Source of the DNA: Haliotis cracherodii
Taxonomy: Eukaryota
Direction of reading: 5' to 3'
NCBI RefSeq assembly: GCF_022045235.1
Contig: NW_027266275.1
Location: 73,780,001 to 73,844,000 of the forward strand
DNA length: 64,000 nt
The first letter of the stretch is position 1; each line of letters starts with the position of its first letter. The notes beneath the pieces are model-generated. The model ran no database searches. It was not told where the DNA came from and saw only the letters and a list, made by a program, of their open reading frames with translations. Positions 52,370-61,936 of this stretch are shown one piece after another. The position numbers and the translations under genes are program-made.

Positions 52370-52972
52370 TTAGTCACTTTGTTCAGATGATCTCTCTTCT
52401 TCATCCTCTACTTCCATCTCATCCTCGGACTGAAGGTGTCGTCGGCGCTTTGAAGCGTGCTTTCTTGAGAGGCTTCTGGCCCGTTTTCTTTTCTCTACAA
52501 GAGGTGTGATGTCCGCCCGGAGTTGTGCGAGGCATTCTTTTAGGTCGAGGACATCGACGTGCACGTCTTCGATGAGATGAACCACTTGTGTCACGGGTGT
52601 CACGGGTGTCACGGGTGCCACGGGTGTCGACGTGGACGGTGTTGCTGACGTTTTCTTTCGACTGGGTTCTGGGCAATCTGCAGCGAAATGACCCAGGGCT
52701 TGACAGTTGTAACAGTGGTCCAGGCGATGGGGAGTCTTCTTTCGACTGGGTTCTGGGCAATCTGCAGCGAAATGACCCATGGCTTCACAGTTGTAACAGG
52801 GACCCAGGTTCCGATTCTCCTGCTTCTCTTGACTGTTCATCTTCGGACAGACATAGTGACGGTGACCTTGAGTGCCACACTCGAGGCATGTCACTTCAGG
52901 GCAGTACAGGTAACTGTGACTGTCGGTCTGGCACTTCATACAACTGTATCGAGCTGGCATGATGGGTTTCAT
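52370..52972 (-). CDS. zinc-knuckle protein (4x CX2CX4HX4C), 200 aa, with basic NLS-like and acidic tail
   Basis: CMKCQTDSHSYLYC, CLECGTQGHRHYVC, CYNCEAMGHFAADC, CYNCQALGHFAADC; TATA cassette upstream. Confidence 0.85.
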   Translation of the reverse strand: MKPIMPARYSCMKCQTDSHSYLYCPEVTCLECGTQGHRHYVCPKMNSQEKQENRNLGPCYNCEAMGHFAADCPEPSRKKTPHRLDHCYNCQALGHFAADCPEPSRKKTSATPSTSTPVAPVTPVTPVTQVVHLIEDVHVDVLDLKECLAQLRADITPLVEKRKRARSLSRKHASKRRRHLQSEDEMEVEDEEERSSEQSD

Positions 52973-53019
52973 AGAATGCAGTGTGTGTGTGTGTGAGTGG
53001 CTTCGCTCTTGTTTTGTTT

Positions 53020-53285
53020 TTTTATAGGAGAGGTACTGACATCCTGCTTCCTGATTGGTTCCCCAGGCCGCGCCCCCGATTGGTTCGTTTCAGGGCCTGG
53101 TCTGCACCTCGGTTTTCCAAAACGGACCGACCCCTGTGTTTCTTTTCCATAGGAAATGGATTTTACCATGGGAGAGAAAGCACAACCCCGGTTCGACCAT
53201 TCAGAGTCCCGCATGACCCGAGCACGGTCTCTGATTGGTCGACAACCCAGGCTTCGGATTGGTCCAATTTCGATCCGGTTTTTTT
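53020..53285 (-). promoter_or_regulatory. promoter cassette copy 1 (multi-CCAAT + TATA) for the CCHC gene
   Basis: CCAATC x4 and CTATAAAA; homologous to the copies at 56050, 60679 and 61937. Confidence 0.75.
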
Positions 53286-53494
53286 TATCGGGGTGTGCAT
53301 TTCGATCCTGTTTTGTTTTTCTTCATCCTACAGACCACAGAACACGACTATGAGTTTTTAAAAAAAATTTAATCCCCTCGCTCACATGAACCAACACCAC
53401 AAAACAAAAAGTCACAGGATGAGGGGACCGTCCCTGTGACTTTTGTGAACACTGGGGGTATGAACGTCTGTACACTTTGAAAAAAGAAACGTTG

Positions 53495-54007
53495 TCACTT
53501 GGGGTGAACAAGACACTCGACTCTTCTCTTCCGTGCTTCTTGGGACACCAAACGTCTGTATTTTTCGTTCACTTCTCCATCAGGACAAAACACACACAAG
53601 TATTCGCAGGGCACTTTGGCGTGCTTCAGATGTTCTTTCCAGGGTTGGTCTGTGGCTTCCCATTGGCGGAGTGCCACACCGCAGCAATAACAGGTCACAC
53701 AGTCACCTTGTCCTGGATAGAAATAGCCAGCCATGGCCATGTCATACGGGGTCTGGGTCATCTGTTGAGGCCACGTTTTAAAAGATCTCAGACGTTCTTG
53801 AAATGAATCATAGTGAGGATGAGAAGGATGACACAGGGTGTAAGAAGGAAAAGGTCCCTCCAGAATGTCACTGAGTCGCCACGTGTCGTCCCTAAAGAGG
53901 GAACGTTTTCTCGCTTCTTGTTCTCTCGCCTTTTCAGACACCCACTCGGAATCGGTGACGACATCTCGGGAGGATGACATGACATTCATAGAACGTCTTT
54001 GCTCCAT
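53495..54007 (-). CDS. single-BIR (IAP/survivin-like) protein, 170 aa
   Basis: RLRSFKTWP...AGYFY...VTCYCC...W...D.PWKEH...C BIR signature; CATAAAA and TCAGT upstream (54057, 54027). Confidence 0.88.
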   Translation of the reverse strand: MEQRRSMNVMSSSRDVVTDSEWVSEKAREQEARKRSLFRDDTWRLSDILEGPFPSYTLCHPSHPHYDSFQERLRSFKTWPQQMTQTPYDMAMAGYFYPGQGDCVTCYCCGVALRQWEATDQPWKEHLKHAKVPCEYLCVFCPDGEVNEKYRRLVSQEARKRRVECLVHPK

Positions 54008-54755
54008 GATGACGGGGACTTCACTGAAAGAAGGTCTGAGGGTTCGCCTGCTTTTATGAAACTCTCCACCCTACTCCCTTCCACCTCCTCCTTCACCTCC
54101 TCCACCTCATCACGTGACGTCATCCTGTGTTTGGGTTGACGGACACACGGCATGATTCGTGACACGATCCATGACATGACATGGTACACGGGGAGGGGGT
54201 GTGGGGATCGATGCGTACTGGAATGACCGACACCAGGCAGCTGATCTTTCAAGCATGGCCTTTCTCTTTTATCTATTTTTATTTTAATTTTACACTTGGG
54301 TGTGCACTGACATGACAGATGCACAGACAGACAGACAGACAGACAGACGGACAGACAGACAACGTCAACGACATCTCAACTCAACCTCTACCCTCGGTTC
54401 GGCACTCTATTGGAGTTGAGATCAATCAAGACACAAAGAGTCAGTTCAATCAATCACTGTTTAATCATGAAAAAACCCAATCACAACCAGATACAATGGA
54501 AATACGAAAAGTCAATGGAGGAGGGAGTGCTTTGCATGTCCCTACAACAACCACAACCACAACAACAACAACAATAACGCGACAACGTTTTCCTCTTCCA
54601 TCTTCAAGCCCATAAGAGGTGGTCCTCCCTCAACCCTGTGAGAGGTCCATCCGTTCAACACGTACAGTCTATGGTCTCCCTGAAACAGACATGACACATC
54701 ACTTGATCACGGTTGCAGCTTACGTGTTGACAAGTTCTTCGAGTGAAGAGGAGGA

Positions 54756-55846
54756 TCACCATAAGATGTGATCCTCAGCAGATGTGATAGGCATGTCATC
54801 ATGTGTCATTATGCGGTCATAGGTCAACATACTACAAGTACAGTCTATGAGCTCCAGACCACAGGTATGACACATCACTTGCCCGCTGTTGCAACTGATG
54901 TATCTTAACATGTTGTTGTGTCGGCAAATACGACATCCGCGTTGTAGGGGAGTGAGTTGAGCTTCTCCATAAGGATCCAGGTCAACGTCGTTGTCATCCA
55001 CATCATCATCATCATCTTCATTATCGTCGCAAACCAGGGGCGTACCTGAGGAGTAGACATGAACATCTTCCGGGGATGTTGGTGACCAAGAAGCCTCAAG
55101 CAGGGGGAGCGTGTCCAGATCCATGGAAGGGAGAGTGGCCAGCTTGAGCGCTTCATGATCCTCACGGTCACCCGTCGCCATCGTCACAGCAGGGGCATTC
55201 GGTGAATAGGTGGGCTCCCGAGGGGTTTGTTCCCACCACTGTTCTAGCACGCCCTGGACTGAACTGACATCAGGGGTCCTGTCAATCATAGGACAGAGTC
55301 CATTTATCATAGGAATAGGTCATGAATATGAATCACATCAAGAATGACTGAGACAAAGAAGAGCAAGGGTACTTACAGCTGTTCTTGAGGAGAGATCTTC
55401 AGAGATAATTTCTTCCGTGATCGTCTTTTTGCAGGCGTTGCAGGTTTCAAAAAGGATGTCCCCATCGTTTCGATGTCTGTGGTCGCTGCAGCCGTTGTTG
55501 CTGTTGCTGCTGTGGTGGTGGTGGTGGTGGTGGGTGTTGCTGCTGCTGTGGGGATCACAATGACTGTGGGCTTGCTTGTCTTTTTCTTCTGGATCTTCTT
55601 TATCGTCTTCTTCGATGTGCCTTTCTCGGGTTCAGTCAGCTTCCTCATCTTTGAACGTATCTGTTCGCACATCAGGTTGTCGCCCTTCGCACGTAACTTG
55701 GCGTACGCGTCGTCGGTCTTCATCTTTAAACACAGCAAGTCGTACACTTCACCCCACAGTTCAGCAGTCATGTCACCGTTCCCATCTCCACTGCTTCCTT
55801 GGCCACTCATGTCGCTTCGCGTCTTGTCATTCAATCGTTTCGACAT
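54756..55846 (-). CDS. spliced ~330-aa E1A-like (Oncoid-like) protein; exons 55846-55377 and 55278-54756
   Basis: GTAAGT donor at 55376 and TTGACAG acceptor at 55279 join two ORFs in frame; LVCDD plus acidic run plus GCRIC...MCHTC zinc finger. Confidence 0.6.
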
Positions 55847-56049
55847 GATGTTGTCCGGATGTTCTGTTCGTTGTTGTTTCTTTTCAAGTCTTCACGGAGG
55901 TGCGTCAACACTTGATGGTACTCTCTCCAAACACGTGTTTCTTCCAGATAAAACGCCAACAACCAACACAACGTGAGGAACATCAATCAGAGGGGGACGA
56001 TGTGGTTGCTTGGTCCGTTCAGTGAAAAGTGATGACCGGAGAGCATCGG

Positions 56050-56290
56050 GCGTATTAAAAGCCACGGAGGTCCTGCTTTCTGATTGGTCCGTTCCGGTGT
56101 CTGGTCTGAGTCTCCATTTTTCCAAACTGGACCGACCCTTGTGTTTCTTTTCCATAGGGTTAGGCTTGTAGCGTGAGAGAGAAAGCACAACCTCGGTTCG
56201 ACCAATCAGAGCCCACCATGGCTCGAGCACGGTCTCTGATTGGTCGACAACCCAGGCTTCGGATTGGTCCGATTTCGATCCGTTTTTTTT
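56050..56290 (-). promoter_or_regulatory. promoter cassette copy 2, upstream of the E1A-like gene
   Basis: GGATCGAAATCGGACCAATCCGAAGCCTGGGTTGTCGACCAATCAG core; CCAAT x4. Confidence 0.7.
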
Positions 56291-56349
56291 TTTTTTTTCT
56301 GTAAGGGGTTCATGTCGATTCAGTTTCGATCCCTTGTCATGCAAAAAAA

Positions 56350-59300
56350 TTATAGAAAGTCGTCTCTGTACCCAAAGGGGAGCGTGTCTACAGGTAGGCC
56401 TGTGGTGTCGTCGTAGACGACACGTCGCTTGTCGTACACGGTACGATAGTCTTTTCGGGTGGGACGGGTCACGAGTGCGTTTTCGTGCCGAGGTCCTTTT
56501 CGAATGATCTGATGAGGGTAATCCAAACTGATTTTCTCTTCCTCCTCTTTCCCAGACCGTTGTCCCAGTATCAGTCCTTTCATGGTGTCAAAGTTGAGAT
56601 GGCGTTGGTTTCGGTAATTCAAAGTGAACCCTCGCACTTTGCAGGTCGTGCGCGTTCCATCGGGCCTGGGGTTCATTAACTCATAGCCATAGTTTTTGGG
56701 ACCTCCTGACACAAACGTCTTGATGGTGTTTCCGTCCAGTTCATCCGTAAACTCACCCAACGAATGACCCAGCTCTGGATTCGCGTCGTGGGGTCGATGA
56801 ATGTAAATGACGCTGTCCGTGTCAAAGTACAAGACCCTGCGGCCCACCAGGGCAAGGGTCTCGTACAGCTTGAGACGTGCTTGGGCGGTGACCCAAGCAG
56901 CGATGGCGACATTGAAATGAGAATGAGGGGTTTGGAATTCTTTCCGCTGGGTATAGGTCACATCCACCATGTGTTCGTTGACAACGGTCACATCCTCGAT
57001 GGTATTGCGGTCATCCCTCCACAAGGCAAAGTACTGTGCAGGATCGTTCATATAGACGTTCTGACTGTAGTCTACCCGTTGCCCAAACTTGCCCCAGAGC
57101 GAATTCAGTTGCATCTTGGCAATCGTGCGGCGTCCTGGATTTTTTTCGATGCGGTCCTTGTCCAACCGAATGCCTTCTTTGTCGTAGATCTCCTGGATGT
57201 AAGCGTCGTGATCCGTACATCCTTCGGGGTATCCGCTGGCTTCGAGCTTCTCCTTGAAATGTCGATCGATGTAAGTGTCAAAGAGTCCCACTTGCTGGGT
57301 GTCGGGGTCATGCTGTGCAAAGGTGTCAAAATGCCAAACGTCGTAGATCTGAAGCACCCGGTAGTCATACTTCTTCACGGCTTCCTGGAGTTCTACGGTG
57401 GCGTACGTCCCCACCCATGACCTCTCTTCGTCCGTGTGCTCGCAGGGGGAGTCTGACCGGGTATCGGCACACGTACGGCACAAAGGACAGAGCAGTTTGC
57501 CACCCGATCTGTAAGGCAGTAGCGGATGGTAGAGTCGTTTCGGGGGTAGGACACGGCATTGGATCAGGCCTTTCAGTTCAAACAACGTGTCCACAGGGGG
57601 TTGATGGAGAAGGGTCGGGTGTCCCGTGGGAAACGCTCCGATCTTACAAATGTAGGGATAAAGGGAACAAATATCAATGTACTTGATGGTTTCACCTTCT
57701 TGGGCTTCGTAGCATAATCGCGTGGCATTGGTGCGTCCTCCATAGAAGGTGTCGCGAGGGTTGAGCGGCCCGGGGACGTGACGACAGTGGGGTCCCTGCA
57801 AGAAAGCACGTAGAGCGGAGTCCTCCCGTTGCATTTTCGTAAATTCGTGCTCCCACAGGGCGACGACCCGTTTCACCTCAGGGTGTTGACTCAAGAGACT
57901 CAAGCGGTAGTGGGTGTCGGTGTAACGGGCTCCCAACGACGTGCCCAGGACGGGATGCGGTTCTCCACGTCGGGTCTTGTGACAGGTCTTGCACCCATGC
58001 CAGAAACAGCCCAGGAATTCGTAGACGGTGCCTGTCGCTGGATCGTACCCATCCACGCTGTACCGATGTTGGCCCTCTCCACAGGTGAACTCTTTTTCAC
58101 CGCCATTCCTGGCGTGCTGGAGGTGCAGATGGGGGTCCCTTTCCATCAGAGAGTGGAGCCAGTGCATACAGGCCTGGGAATAGTTTCTCTTGGGTTGGTA
58201 GCCTTGAGGTGGAAGAATGGCGATGGTATTGGGTTTCAGGTCGTGTTTTCGGAAGGATTTCATGGTGAACGCAGCAGCTGTCATCACTTCCACAAAGGGA
58301 TCCATGCCCACCGAGTGGATGGCGTTCTGTCGGAAGTCGGCGCATCCCCGTCTCAAAATGTCCACATCGCTCTGGCAGTAAGCTAAAAGTTCTTCTTGTA
58401 AGTCGAACAAGGCTCCTTCTTGCACTTTTTGGGTATGCCACTGGAGGAAGGCTGAGCGTTCCGCGGGAGACATGCCATCGGGATCGTACGTGACGGCTGG
58501 TGGATAGGGACCTCTGTAGGTCTGATTGACTCTCGTATTGAAAAAGTGTGGAAAGTACCCTTTCTTCGTTTCTTTCAGCCCAAAGCTCTTGGGAAAGGCT
58601 TTCAGGGGGTAAGGGATGAAATTTAAGCTGTCTTCGAAACACAGTCGTCCCAGGGTCATCTGCAAAATGTGTTGGCCATGTCGAATCTTGGTGGGGAGTG
58701 TCACCAGGAGGGGGGACAGGCCCTTCAGGATTAAGTGTAAATCATAGGATCGTGCATTGTGGGCCATCACATAAATGCGATCCTCCTTCGGGACTGTATG
58801 GCAGGAGGTGTTCTTGTTCTTTGGCTTCTTTGTATTCTCCACTTCCATGGCCTCTTCCACTTCCTCCACCTCTTCCGTCTCCTCCGCCTCCTGCTGGGGT
58901 GATGCATGCCGTTGACGTTTGGTAGCGTCCTTTCTTGAGGGGGTGCCATCCCGTTTTCTTTTTTTCCCCAGGGGGGCTGTTGTCCCCTTGCGTGTGCTGC
59001 CCTCCTCTTCCTCCGGGTTGGGCTTCTTCTTGGGTATTTCACACAACGTGGTCAACCACACACACACATCATGTCGCGTGGTGGGCCCTCGAAACACGAT
59101 CTCACGGCTGGGACCATACCCTTCTTCTCTCCATGGGCAGTGTTCGAACAAGTTCTTACTCACTTCACTGATGCATCGTCCACATCCTAGTTGCACCACG
59201 CACAAATTTGGAATGTGCTCCCCCGTGTCTTGCATGCATTCAAAATCGTAGAAGACGTATTGGACGTCGTCTCGTACGTGATGTTGTTCCTCTTCCCCCT

Positions 59301-60597
59301 CCTTCTCCGTTTCCTCTCCCCCCTCCCCCTCCTCCTCCCCCTCCTCGTTTTCTTCACGGAGAGACGTCATGTAACAGCGATGGTCTGGGGTCATGGGTTC
59401 TCGGCACACCAAGCAGGGATGTTCTTCGTCGAAGCACTCGTGGTGAACCATGGGGGTCTCCAAGACGCGGACCAGCTGAAAACAGTTCGGGCACCTGTGA
59501 ATCGATTGACAGGCGCTGGGTTTTCCCTCTGACGGTGACTGGAGATGTCGGGTGTAACACGTTGGATTGGGGAACCAACCTTGACATGTCAAGCAAGGGA
59601 TCCCGAGCTCTTCCTGGGGTCCGCAATAGCTAGAGTAGAAGCAGCGGTGACAGCGGTATTCCTTGGTGCAGGGATGTTTTTCGGGATGGTCGTAACGTTT
59701 GTCGCAGCGTTCGCAGTAATGGTCAGACCCGTAAAAAGCGGACATGGAAGTGATGACATCGTAGTGCTGATCATGATGGTATAGATGCAGCACCCTGGCG
59801 TGAGGTGGAGCCTCATCACACTTGTACAACAGTCTCTGACCCACCTCTTGACTGTAGACTTTCAGTTGATAATGCAGGAGGGTCAAGGCCCGTCCCACGC
59901 GTGCGAGGTCGTCCAGCCCCCGACAGGGACCTTCAGGCAGGCCAAGGCGTCGAAACAAGGCCCGTGCCCGTAGGCCTTGAACGTCGACGCGATTCGTTCT
60001 CGTCAGTCTCACTAACTGGGCTTTCCATGCTGGGGTCAGAGGATGGGGTTTGTGGGCATAATGCTGTGCCACCACCAGGGCCCGTGCCAAACAGGATTGA
60101 TCTTCGTTCTTGATCCGTACGATGCACCTTTTGCGTGTTAAAAAAGCTTCGAGTCCAATCACGTTTTTCACCCGGGGAGCACCACTGCCCGATCCTAACC
60201 TGTCGGGATCTGCGACGTGTACTAAAGTCACATCCATGGTGGCATCGATGTTCAGGTCTTTGTTGGACTGTTGGACTTTTTCCACGGCCTGCAAAATATC
60301 TGGCCCATGGAGATCTTCAAAACGTCGAAAGGGAATCCGTATGGGGGTGTTCAAAGCGGGATGATCGATACCTAGACCAATACGATCTCCCTTCTGACCT
60401 GACGTCTGTTCATAAAAGTCATCGATCACCCTGTCAAATAAAGCTGGCAGTTCCAGGGGGACGCGTTCCGGTGGTACGGTGTCCAAGTAGTCTGGGTTGA
60501 AAGTCAAACGATAGGTATGATTAGCAGTTCTTAACCGTCTGGAGCGGGTGGTATCTTTCCTCTCCAAACGATAGGGCGTACTTTGGTTGCTCGTCAT
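56350..60597 (-). CDS. polB: protein-primed family B DNA polymerase, 1415 aa, with N-terminal TP/OTU-like region and inserted Vsr-like nuclease motif
   Basis: Exo I YDFEC, Exo II HNARSYD, Exo III YCQSDV, YGGRT, DICSLYP, KMQLNSLWGKFGQ, YFDTDS, GPKNY; uninterrupted ORF. Confidence 0.95.
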   Translation of the reverse strand: MTSNQSTPYRLERKDTTRSRRLRTANHTYRLTFNPDYLDTVPPERVPLELPALFDRVIDDFYEQTSGQKGDRIGLGIDHPALNTPIRIPFRRFEDLHGPDILQAVEKVQQSNKDLNIDATMDVTLVHVADPDRLGSGSGAPRVKNVIGLEAFLTRKRCIVRIKNEDQSCLARALVVAQHYAHKPHPLTPAWKAQLVRLTRTNRVDVQGLRARALFRRLGLPEGPCRGLDDLARVGRALTLLHYQLKVYSQEVGQRLLYKCDEAPPHARVLHLYHHDQHYDVITSMSAFYGSDHYCERCDKRYDHPEKHPCTKEYRCHRCFYSSYCGPQEELGIPCLTCQGWFPNPTCYTRHLQSPSEGKPSACQSIHRCPNCFQLVRVLETPMVHHECFDEEHPCLVCREPMTPDHRCYMTSLREENEEGEEEGEGGEETEKEGEEEQHHVRDDVQYVFYDFECMQDTGEHIPNLCVVQLGCGRCISEVSKNLFEHCPWREEGYGPSREIVFRGPTTRHDVCVWLTTLCEIPKKKPNPEEEEGSTRKGTTAPLGKKRKRDGTPSRKDATKRQRHASPQQEAEETEEVEEVEEAMEVENTKKPKNKNTSCHTVPKEDRIYVMAHNARSYDLHLILKGLSPLLVTLPTKIRHGQHILQMTLGRLCFEDSLNFIPYPLKAFPKSFGLKETKKGYFPHFFNTRVNQTYRGPYPPAVTYDPDGMSPAERSAFLQWHTQKVQEGALFDLQEELLAYCQSDVDILRRGCADFRQNAIHSVGMDPFVEVMTAAAFTMKSFRKHDLKPNTIAILPPQGYQPKRNYSQACMHWLHSLMERDPHLHLQHARNGGEKEFTCGEGQHRYSVDGYDPATGTVYEFLGCFWHGCKTCHKTRRGEPHPVLGTSLGARYTDTHYRLSLLSQHPEVKRVVALWEHEFTKMQREDSALRAFLQGPHCRHVPGPLNPRDTFYGGRTNATRLCYEAQEGETIKYIDICSLYPYICKIGAFPTGHPTLLHQPPVDTLFELKGLIQCRVLPPKRLYHPLLPYRSGGKLLCPLCRTCADTRSDSPCEHTDEERSWVGTYATVELQEAVKKYDYRVLQIYDVWHFDTFAQHDPDTQQVGLFDTYIDRHFKEKLEASGYPEGCTDHDAYIQEIYDKEGIRLDKDRIEKNPGRRTIAKMQLNSLWGKFGQRVDYSQNVYMNDPAQYFALWRDDRNTIEDVTVVNEHMVDVTYTQRKEFQTPHSHFNVAIAAWVTAQARLKLYETLALVGRRVLYFDTDSVIYIHRPHDANPELGHSLGEFTDELDGNTIKTFVSGGPKNYGYELMNPRPDGTRTTCKVRGFTLNYRNQRHLNFDTMKGLILGQRSGKEEEEKISLDYPHQIIRKGPRHENALVTRPTRKDYRTVYDKRRVVYDDTTGLPVDTLPFGYRDDFL

Positions 60598-60678
60598 GAT
60601 AGCGATGTGTGTCTGATGAACGCCTGTACTCTAAGAGGGTCTGAACGTCTGATGGATGGACAACCCTTCCCCAAAACA

Positions 60679-60980
60679 GGATCGAAATCGGACCAATCCG
60701 AAGCCTGGATTGTCGACCAATCAGAAGACAGCCTCGACCAATCAGAACACAGCACCCGACCCGAGTTGTGCTTTCTCTCCCATGGTAAAATCCATTTCCT
60801 ATGGAAAAGAAACACAGGGGTCGGGTCGTTTTGGAAAACCGAGGTGCAGGCCAGGCCCCGAAACGAACCAATCGGTGCGTTGCGTTTTGGACCAACCAGG
60901 AAGCAACCCATTTCGATCCGGTTCTTCCCCCATAAAACAAGAGTGGATTCGAATGGGTCAGTGTCACTTGTAAAATTGAT
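60679..60980 (+). promoter_or_regulatory. promoter cassette copy 3, between divergent polB and BIR genes
   Basis: CCAAT x4, CATAAAA at 60931, TCAGT initiator at 60958. Confidence 0.75.
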
Positions 60981-60995
60981 GTGATAAAATCAAGA

Positions 60996-61454
60996 ATGGC
61001 TGAAACAAAGAAGAGTGGTACGACGACGACGACGCGTGGCGAAGATGTGGGAATGGAGGGTACAGATACTCGTGGATGTTGGAGTAAGAGTCATGCCGAG
61101 GAGGCGGTGTCACTGCTCAGTCAAACGCCATCGCACTATTATCTGCGCTTTGAAAGAAGGCTCGCTTCGTTTGAGACGTGGCCCACGCAAATGTATCAGA
61201 CTGCTGAAGAGATGGCTCATGCGGGCTTTGTCTACACTCAGGGTGCCGATGGTGTGTGCTGTTTCCAATGTGGTGTGCGGCTGAGACAATGGGCACCCCA
61301 CGACAATCCTTGGGCGGCACATCACAAGTGGTCCCCAGACTGCGATTACCTCAAGCTAACCGGGCTGGTGAAACACCAGAAGCAACTACAACTACACTAT
61401 CTCTGCGAAGAGAAACAGAGGTACACGAATGACGTAGCAGAGCCGGCTGCCTAG
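60996..61454 (+). CDS. second single-BIR (IAP-like) protein, ~152 aa
   Basis: RRLASFETWP...AGFVY...VCCFQC...W...DNPWAAH...PDC; first ATG after the initiator is at 60996. Confidence 0.88.
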   Translation: MAETKKSGTTTTTRGEDVGMEGTDTRGCWSKSHAEEAVSLLSQTPSHYYLRFERRLASFETWPTQMYQTAEEMAHAGFVYTQGADGVCCFQCGVRLRQWAPHDNPWAAHHKWSPDCDYLKLTGLVKHQKQLQLHYLCEEKQRYTNDVAEPAA

Positions 61455-61514
61455 GAGGACGACGTTTCCCGTGTCCTGCGTTCCCGTTCAAGTTCCCGTT
61501 CAAGTTCCTGTTCA

Positions 61515-61556
61515 TACGGCCCTTTTCAGGGCCACCCATCTCACCCAAAAGACAAC
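61515..61556 (+). terminator. histone-type 3' stem-loop and putative HDE ending BIR gene 2
   Basis: ACGGCCCTTTTCAGGGCCACCCA...CCAAAAGAC; stem-loop at 61518-61533, 63 nt after the stop. Confidence 0.8.
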
Positions 61557-61936
61557 TTTCTACCTTTGCTTTGCCAACCCCAACCCCAATTTGAAAACAC
61601 ACACACACACACACACACAGGGCACGACGTTTGCATGGCAACACACAAAGTACATGACGTTCACATCGTGACACGAAGTCCATGACGTGTGCAAACTTAA
61701 CGTCACGTAGGTGTATCGATCTTTCTCTATTCATCTCAATACGACACTACTCAATACACACACACACACAGGACACCACGTTTTGCCTGACATTCCGATT
61801 GGCATGGGAGTGACACACACGTACATCACGTAGGCATTCCCACGTTCATGTCTACCGATGAAGGTCCACCTTCCTTTAGCATTCAGACGACCGTCTACCT
61901 CAAAAAAATACCTAGGCTACCCAAGAAGAAAAAAAA

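Noticed and set aside
51706-52509. Multiple ORFs in the TIRs (261, 179, 129 aa, and mirror copies at 62524-63176)
   Set aside because: They arise from GC-rich tandem repeats open in several frames on both strands; no domain signal.
52969-53361. Similar small ORFs at ~53.0, 56.0, 60.6 and 61.9 kb that look like a gene family
   Set aside because: They are translations of the repeated promoter cassette; frames and strands are not conserved between copies.
53986-54324. 112-aa ORF upstream of the BIR gene
   Set aside because: It overlaps the apparent promoter of the BIR gene and has no motif or promoter of its own.
56485-60500. Many antisense or alternative-frame ORFs inside polB
   Set aside because: Shadow ORFs of a GC-rich coding sequence.
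61390-61415. LxCxE motif in the second BIR protein (HYLCEE)
   Set aside because: Spacing is Y-L-C-E-E, not L-x-C-x-E.
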